Shown here in pieces: positions 57,601 through 64,000 of a stretch of DNA of 64,000 bases. How positions within the stretch are numbered: the first letter of the stretch is position 1; each line of letters opens with the position of its first letter. The stretch covers positions 23,932,001 through 23,996,000 of the forward strand of contig CM052826.1 of NCBI GenBank assembly GCA_028534125.1, read 5' to 3'. A model generated the notes under the pieces. That model saw nothing but the letters and a program-made list of their open reading frames with translations. It searched no databases and was not told where the DNA came from. Both the position numbers and the translations under genes were made by a program. The DNA comes from Lama glama. Taxonomy: Eukaryota.

Positions 57601-60600
57601 TCCCGGGCCACCCCTGGGCTGCAGGAGCCTCTCTGCAGCTCTGAGCCTGGTGGCTCCTCAGACAAGGGCTCTGCATCCCCACTCCAGCTTCTCTTGGCCC
57701 CGTGCCCTCAGAACGGCCTCCCCTGGTCATTAACCGCCCTCCTCAGTGAGCTCAGGGCCACCGCTAATGGGGGCCTCTTCAAAGCGCGAGGCTGGGGCGG
57801 CCGGCTCTGCGCTGAGTGTGGGCGGTCGCTTCATTAGTCCCCTCGGAGGATGCATTAGCGCTGCGGCCCGCTCTGCCCCGCACGCTCCTCCGTGCCTTCC
57901 TGCTCTCGCCTTGCCGGCTCCCTCCGCTCCCCCACCCCCGTGGGCCTCAGGCAGAGCCCGAGAAGGCCGTCAGATCTTGTGTTAAGTTCTTCCCTTCCCC
58001 TCCAGGGGGTGAGGACCCCGGGCAGATCCAGGGGGAGGTGGAGGGGCTTCCAGGCAGCCTCCTGGTCTCCAGAGAGTTAAGGTGGGGGCGACTGACTGCC
58101 CCACGTTGGCCAGAGGTCAGGCTGCAGGGAGCAGCCTCAGGAGGAGGGTCGGGGAGCCCTTGGGAGGGACAAAGGTTCTGAACCTGGTTACCCTTCCCTT
58201 CCCTCTTCCAGAAACCAGTGGCCGAAGGGTCGTGTCCCATGAAGTGGTTCTGGGGGGCAGGTTGGCTGCCAAGACCAGCTTTTCGTTCAGTCGCCCCAGC
58301 AGCCCCCGAGTGGAGGATTTGAAAGGTGAGCCTGGCGGCCCTCCTACCCTCCCTGCCCGCTGCTCCCCGTGGAAGAAGAGAGGCCCTGGCCCCAGCCCCC
58401 CGGGCCGACCGCCCCCCCCGTCGTCCCCAGGGGCCGCCCTGTACGGCCGCCTCAAGGAGTACCTGCTCAGCGAGGACCAGCTCAGGGACAACGGCTACCC
58501 CTTCCCGCACCCCGAGCGGCCCGGCGGCGCCGTGGTCTTCACGGCTGAGGAGAAGAAGCCCAAGGATTGTGAGTGCCTCCCTCACGGCCGCTCTGGTGGA
58601 GGCTGGGCTGGCAGGGGGCGCCGTCCGGGGGAGGGAGCAGCACAGCCCGGGGGTTCAGACCGAGCTCCGGGCCAGCCTGACACCTTGCCCTGCCCCCTGC
58701 CCTGTCCGCACCCACAGCCTCCTGCAGGGTCTGCTGCCGCTGCGGCGCTGAGTACCTCGTGTCCTCCTCGGGCCGCTGTGTGCGGGATGAGGAGTGTTAC
58801 TACCACTGGGGGCGGCTGCGCCGGAACCGAGGTGAGGCTGGGCTGGGCCACCTGCTCGATCACTGGTAGTTTTCTTTCCGTTGTTCTTCGTGACAAATCA
58901 TGCGAAGACCTTCCTGTGGCAGTGCTCACACACAAAAGGAAGGCCTCCCGCTGCCCCAGCAGCAAGTTCCCACTCACGGGAACACTCACAGCCCCTTGAG
59001 CTCCCCGCTGGCTGCCTGTGGACCGTCTCTGGGTCCGGGGCCGGCCTGCTGTCCTGAGTAGGAAGGGCGTGGGGAAGGTGCCCCTGCCCGGGCAGACTGG
59101 GTGTCAGGAACCCCCGTGGGAGGGCGGGGTCGGGCGGTGACATGGAACTCTGCTGACTGCCGCCTCCCCTCAGTGGCCGGTGGCTGGGAGACTCAGTACA
59201 CGTGCTGCTCGGCCGCCATTGGCTCCGCCGGCTGTCAAGTTGCCAAGGTGAGTGGGAGAGCCATCTGCGGTCCCCCCCAGGCCAGAGCCCTAGCCCCTCC
59301 TTGACTCATCTGCATGATCTGGGGGCCTTGGGAAGAGGGGGACAGTCCCTGAAAGTCGCCCAGCAGCAGCTGGGCCTTCTGAGGTGCCACCCTCACGTTC
59401 GTTAACTCCCTACCCTCAGCAACACGTGCAGGACGGCCGGAAGGAGAACCTCGAAGGATTTGTGAAGACCTTTGAGAAAGAACTTTCAGGAGACGCGCAC
59501 CCAGGAATCTACGCCCTCGACTGTGAAATGGTGAGTCAGCCTCGCTGCCTGTGGCCTCCCGAGTCCCTGGGAGCTGTGGTACTGTGGTGGTGTTGCCACC
59601 CGAGGGGTGTCCCTGCTCCTCTGCCAGAGCCTGGAGAGTGCGGGTGTTCGGATGAGAGAGTGACCAGCAGCCGGGCACACCTCCCCGAGCACAGGAACCC
59701 AGCGTGTCCCCCAGCACCCAGTGCACACACAGGGCCCCCTCTGTGCTCGGAGGCTACCTGGATATCGGGAGCACAACTCTGGCTTTGGGGAAGGGCCCCC
59801 AGGTTCACGCCCTCTCTGACCCCGAGAGGAGCCCAGAGGGCCTCTGGCTCAGGTCTCATAACTGAACGCGGGTGAAGGTGGGGCCTGAGCCTCCGCCTGC
59901 AGGGCTCAGGGACCAGGGGTGGCCTTATGACGTGGTGTGTGGGAGGGCCAGGACGCTGTCTCTGAGGTGTGTCCTCTGACCCCGCAGTCCTACACCACGT
60001 ACGGCCTGGAGCTGACGCGTGTCACAGTGGTGGACACGGACCTGCAGGTTGTGTACGACACCTTTGTCAGGCCAGACAACGAGATCGTCGACTATAACAC
60101 CAGGTGCGCCCCATCCCAACCTCCCAGAAGCTGAGAGCCTGTGCAGGACCCCTGTTCCTGTCTTGGGCCCAGCTTCCCTGCCTGCAACCCGGCTCCCGCC
60201 CGGCCTCTGTGCTGGGGGCCCCCGAGCCCTCCCCAGCCTCTCCAAGGCCTCTGTCCTCCCGCCTCCAGGTTTTCAGGGGTGACTGAGGCCGACCTGGCAG
60301 ACACGAGCATCTCCCTCCGGGACGTCCAGGCTGTCCTGCTGAGCATGTTCAGTGCAGACACCATCCTCATCGGCCACAGTCTGGAGAGCGACCTGCTGGC
60401 CTTGAAGGTATCCCCAGCCCACCCTCAGCCCAGGGAGGGAGCTGTGGGGTCTGCGACTGGGCACTTCGAGTCTCCCTCCCCAGCATGCCCTCTGGAACCC
60501 TACGGAGTCCCAGGCACCTTTCCGCCCCAGTCCTCCTGGGGCCCTGAGCCCTGAGGTCCCTGACCGGCTGTCCATCTGCAGGTCATCCACAGCACCGTGG

Positions 60601-60861
60601 TGGACACGTCCGTGCTCTTTCCGCACCGCCTGGGCCTCCCCTACAAGCGCTCCCTGCGGAATCTCATGGCCGACTACCTCAGACAGATCATCCAGGACAA
60701 TGGTGAGGGGCTGGGCCGGGGGGCGGGACGGCCCCGCAGGCTCCCCTCCCTGACGCATCTGTCCCCCAACAGTGGACGGGCACAGCTCCAGTGAGGACGC
60801 CAGTGCTTGTATGCACCTGGTGATCTGGAAGATCCGAGAAGACGCCAAGACCAAGCGATGA
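39059..60861 (+). CDS. REXO1: RNA exonuclease 1 homolog (Elongin A-binding protein 1); 16 coding exons, 3660 nt, 1219 aa
   Basis: N-terminal CCCH finger ([14 protein letters not shown]); C-terminal DEDDh exonuclease ([22 protein letters not shown]); all 15 introns are GT-AG and phases join in frame. Confidence 0.97.
42335..42505. mobile_element. MER20-like hAT DNA transposon
   Basis: AGCAGCATCCC..GATGCCAGGAGC..GTGACAACCACAGACGTCCCCAGACATTGC..TGTCCCTGGGGGCA. Confidence 0.7.
49600..49765 (-). mobile_element. MLT1-like LTR fragment
   Basis: CTGGGTGCCT..GGTCAGAGGTCCAAATGGG..GGCTGGTTCCCTCTGGAGGCTC. Confidence 0.55.
50945..52695 (+). CDS. REXO1: REXO1 exon 2 (1751 nt)
   Basis: [42 protein letters not shown]; TTAG acceptor, CAG/GTGAGG donor. 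Confidence 0.95.
53651..53755 (+). CDS. REXO1: REXO1 exon 3
   Basis: [24 protein letters not shown]. Confidence 0.9.
54013..54607 (+). repeat. Diverged tandem duplication, two ~295-bp units, in REXO1 intron 3
   Basis: Units 54013-54307 and 54315-54607 share CTGTGTGATCT, CTCTCTGAGCCTTGG, GCAGGGAAGGCT, GGGCAGAAGACAG, GTCTAGAGAAGATTG, AGCAGGATCTAATC and CTGTGCCTA in the same order. Confidence 0.9.
54889..55099 (+). CDS. REXO1: REXO1 exon 4
   Basis: [35 protein letters not shown]. Confidence 0.9.
56731..56894 (+). CDS. REXO1: REXO1 exon 5
   Basis: [20 protein letters not shown]. Confidence 0.88.
57217..57348 (+). CDS. REXO1: REXO1 exon 6
   Basis: [38 protein letters not shown]. Confidence 0.93.
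57424..57547 (+). CDS. REXO1: REXO1 exon 7
   Basis: [30 protein letters not shown]. Confidence 0.93.
58212..58325 (+). CDS. REXO1: REXO1 exon 8
   Basis: [28 protein letters not shown]. Confidence 0.92.
58431..58568 (+). CDS. REXO1: REXO1 exon 9
   Basis: [31 protein letters not shown]. Confidence 0.92.
58718..58831 (+). CDS. REXO1: REXO1 exon 10
   Basis: [37 protein letters not shown]. Confidence 0.92.
59174..59247 (+). CDS. REXO1: REXO1 exon 11
   Basis: [24 protein letters not shown]. Confidence 0.92.
59420..59530 (+). CDS. REXO1: REXO1 exon 12
   Basis: [26 protein letters not shown] (ExoI motif). Confidence 0.94.
59988..60103 (+). CDS. REXO1: REXO1 exon 13
   Basis: [23 protein letters not shown]. 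Confidence 0.94.
60269..60407 (+). CDS. REXO1: REXO1 exon 14
   Basis: [24 protein letters not shown] (ExoII motif). Confidence 0.94.
60582..60702 (+). CDS. REXO1: REXO1 exon 15
   Basis: [40 protein letters not shown]. Confidence 0.94.
60773..60861 (+). CDS. REXO1: REXO1 exon 16 coding part
   Basis: [28 protein letters not shown] (ExoIII motif). Confidence 0.94.
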
Positions 60862-60933
60862 CCGCCGCCTGCCTGCCCGCCTCTCTCACAGCCCCGGCCC
60901 GCCCTCTACCCCAGGCCTCTTCCAAAACAGTGC

Positions 60934-60939
60934 AATAAA
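60934..60939 (+). terminator. REXO1 proximal AATAAA (candidate)
   Basis: Canonical hexamer about 70 nt after the stop; weak downstream GU element. Confidence 0.4.
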
Positions 60940-61601
60940 TCTCGAGAGCTAGCCCTGTCCACGTCACCAAGCACGGAAAACCGAGAACGGGACGAGCTGG
61001 CGGCAGAGAGCCCAATGCCAAGAGCGACCCTGGAGCCCTGCGCCCCCGCCGCACCCCCTCACGCCCGTCCCTGCCTCTCTGCCCCTAGACCTCTGTCCTC
61101 TGGAGACTGCTGCTGACTCGATGGGCCGGGGCCGGGCCCTGCTCCCGCCGCTTCTCTCGGGTGGTGGGTGGGAGGCGGCCAGGCAGGCTTGTCGAGGGTG
61201 TGTTTGAGACAGGGGTCGTCTTGTTATTTTGTATTGTTATTTTATCTTTTTAATTTAAACCTGATGACTTGCACAGTTGTCTTCCTCTACCCAGAAGAGC
61301 GAGACCCTGGTGCTGCCTTCCCTCCTGAGGGGTGGGGCGGGGCTGGGGGCAGCCAGCTGGCGCCCCAGCAGCCACCAGGACCCGGGAGTTCAGCCCTCAG
61401 CCCACCTGGACCCTGTGACTTCTGGGAACCGAGCCAGCCCCTCTGTCAGCCTCCAGGGCCTCGCCTTCCGGACGCCCCGGGGCCTGCCTGCCTCTGGACG
61501 CTGTCTTCCCGCCAGAGCCCCACCCTCCTCAGGGAGGCTGTCTAAAGCCGTGCAGCCCCCAGGCTCCCCAGCCCCTCTCCCCCTCCCCCAGGCAGGGACA
61601 G

Positions 61602-61607
61602 AATAAA
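61602..61607 (+). terminator. REXO1 distal polyadenylation signal AATAAA
   Basis: Canonical hexamer followed by the GT-rich element GGTGTGTTTTTTGGTGT. Confidence 0.8.
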
Positions 61608-63529
61608 TGTTTGTATTGATTTTAGAGCTCGTGGCGTCTGGAGGTGTGTTTTTTGGTGTCAGATGTGGCCCTCCGTGCAAGGCGGAGGACACAGCCCCTA
61701 ACCGGGGCTCAGGAATGGGGCCTTGCTCCACTTCATGAAAACCAACCTCGTGCCCTTGGACGACTGTTCCAGAGCAGATCCAGGGCCCTGGAAGGCCTTG
61801 ATTCAGGGGCTGTCATGCTTCTGGCCCCCTGGGGTGCTGTGACAGTGGAGCCAGCGGCCACCTCCTGTGAGTAGAGTTGCCTTGCCCACCTGTGAGGTGG
61901 GGGCTGGGGGCCGGGGAACCCGGACGGCCGCTGCGTGTTGCGTGTCTGAGAAGCTAACTTGGGAAGGGGAGGCTGCGGAGGAGAACAAGGCTCCTTCCCT
62001 CTCGGGGCCCTGGGGGTTGGCAACTGAGGAAAAGCCACACGACCTAGAAGTTGTGAGTTATGTTTTATTTCAGGAACTCCCTGAGAACTATAGCCAGGGA
62101 GACAGCCTCTCAGATATCTCTGAGGAACTGTCCTGCAGAGGGAAGGGAGGAGCCAGGATATGCAGGAGTCTCTGCTGGAAAGAAAACAAAAAAAATTACC
62201 CGTGTAGTCGAACACGGAAAGATTGCTGCTAATCACAAAAGTCAGACATCTCAAGTGAATGATTCTAGTGCTTTTGTGTGTGTGGAAAGTTCCAAGAGAC
62301 CGGGCCCATGGAAGTGACTCCCTTCACATGTACCTCAGCTGTCTGGGGCCAGTGTCCTGTTTTTCTCCATCCTGAACCCCCTCAGGACGCACCTATGGGG
62401 GGGTGCCGCTGCCATGGCTGGATGGCTGCAGCACTGGCGGTCCACTGGAATGGCAGGCGACATTCTTTGTCCACTAGGGCTCTGAGGGAGGGTTCTTGTC
62501 TGAGTCAGATCCCTGCTGCTGGCATGGGCATGTCCCTCTGGGGGTCCTTGTGACCGGATGACTTTCCCCCACCTCTTCTGTAAGTTGGGAGTGGCTTTCT
62601 AAATAAAGGGTGCAGGCAGCATCCTGGAAGCCCCGTTTCTGTGTGGTGTCTCTCCCCCTCCCCAGAGCGTGAGTCCTCTCCCCTCCGTCACCATGGGGGT
62701 GGGGGACGGGGTTCCCTGACCCCACTCCTGACAGCCACCTCCGGGGAGCTCTCTCCTGAAGGCTGTTAGGGCAGTCTGTCCCAGCCCCTCCCCGCCGGGG
62801 TCTTCCTCGGTCAGGGTTGGGGAGGGCTGGGCGGACGTTTCTTGGGTGACTGAAGAAAATGAGAGGTTTCCTTGGCATCCCCGCAGCTGCCGGGTGCGCA
62901 GGACTTCCCAGGAAACGGGGGGGGGGGGCTGCTGCTCTGCTGTGGGAGGTCAGCTGCTGTGTCTTTGGTCACTGATTCACTCAACATCATCAGCTCAGAG
63001 GTGATGCCTGGGCCCCTGGCAGGGCAAGAGGACTGGGGCACAGAGTCAGACAGGCACCCTGGTCTGGGGTCAGGGCTGGGCCAGTGGGAGGCATTGACCT
63101 CAAGGCTGGGGGGAAAGGACATTGGAGGTGCCCAGCAAGTATCTTCCCAGTTTCTGTGCTTCAGGGGGTTCTAAAGAGAATATGAAAAACAGCTTAATCC
63201 TTCCCTGTTCCCCGTGAGTTTGCCCCTCCTAGGGGGACCCTCCCACACAGCCACCAACCCTGGTTTAGGTCCCCCATTTCCAGCCTGGACGCTGTCCCAG
63301 CCTCATGGCTGACTCCCACCCCTGTCACCTCCTTTAGGAAGACCCCCAGAGCCTCGGTCCTGCACTGGGTGGGCACACACTGGGCCAGAACCCTGGTAGG
63401 CTTCTTCCACGCACAATGATGTCGGTGGTTTTAACAGCCTCCCCAGCCTGGCGCCCAACAGAGCACCTGCGCATAGGAGATGCCCACTGAACGGGTATGG
63501 GATGAACGAGAACCCAGACAGCCAGCTCA

Positions 63530-64000
63530 GACTCACGCCCCGCCTACCTGCGATTACCTGCGTGTCCTTCCTCCGCCCCTAGTCACGAACCATTGGCCCT
63601 GCCCAGCCTCAGCCAGATCCAACCCACCCCACCTAGCGCATGCTTCACAAGGTTCCGCCCCTAAATGACTGGCTCCTTAATACCTTGGCCCTTTCTTTTG
63701 GCTCTGCTCTGCAAGTTCCCCCCAACTGACCCAGCAGGTCCCTGCCCTGACCTATCCTCTGCAAGGCCCCACCCCTGGGTCTTGGCCGCGGGTAGACCGG
63801 CACCAGTCGGCCCCGCCCACAAACCCCACCCTGCCCCACCCCTCCTCTGGCCCTCTCTGCAAGGCCTGGCGTAACCTAGTCCTGCTCCCTGAGGCCCCAC
63901 CCATCTCTGCAAGGCCCCGCCTTCTGTCCTGCCCCCTCTGGCCCGTTTCCTCCAGGCCTCCCTTGCTCGGCCCCGCCTTCCGCCCCCGACCCCGCCCCCA
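63530..64000 (+). promoter_or_regulatory. GC-box-rich putative promoter of the next gene (ATP8B3 expected by synteny)
   Basis: Multiple CCCCGCCC/CCCCACCC boxes and an inverted CCAAT (ATTGG) near 63592; no coding sequence in the window, so the gene identity is inference. Confidence 0.45.

Noticed and set aside
1-64000. CRISPR arrays, prokaryotic operons, defence systems or foreign insertions
   Set aside because: The sequence is intron-containing mammalian DNA throughout; I saw no repeat-spacer arrays or compositionally foreign segments

Overview
GC-rich mammalian genomic DNA, most likely a camelid because it carries vic-1-type tRNA-derived SINEs. It is syntenic with human 19p13.3 and has three intact protein-coding genes on the + strand. 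ABHD17A has a non-coding exon 1 and CDS 11449-15955 (about 310 aa; part of exon 4 lies in an N gap). KLF16 has 2 exons, 25511-33988, 252 aa. REXO1 has 16 exons, 39059-60861, 1219 aa. The GC-box-rich end of the window may be the promoter of the next gene (ATP8B3 by synteny; inference). The first ~7.5 kb is a mosaic of transposon remnants (L1, vic-1-like SINE, MLT1/MLT2, MER3, L2, MER96B). There are two assembly gaps (15570-15699 and 25182-25344). I found no evidence for a wholly new biological system. The best leads are regulatory: strong-context uORFs in ABHD17A and REXO1, an orphan CpG-island promoter with a perfect splice donor between ABHD17A and KLF16, a candidate poison exon or recursive splice site in REXO1 intron 1, a hairpin-forming 70-nt last intron of REXO1 at the MIR1909 position, and a diverged ~300-bp tandem duplication. 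Repeat subfamily names and human comparisons come from recall, not from a database search.
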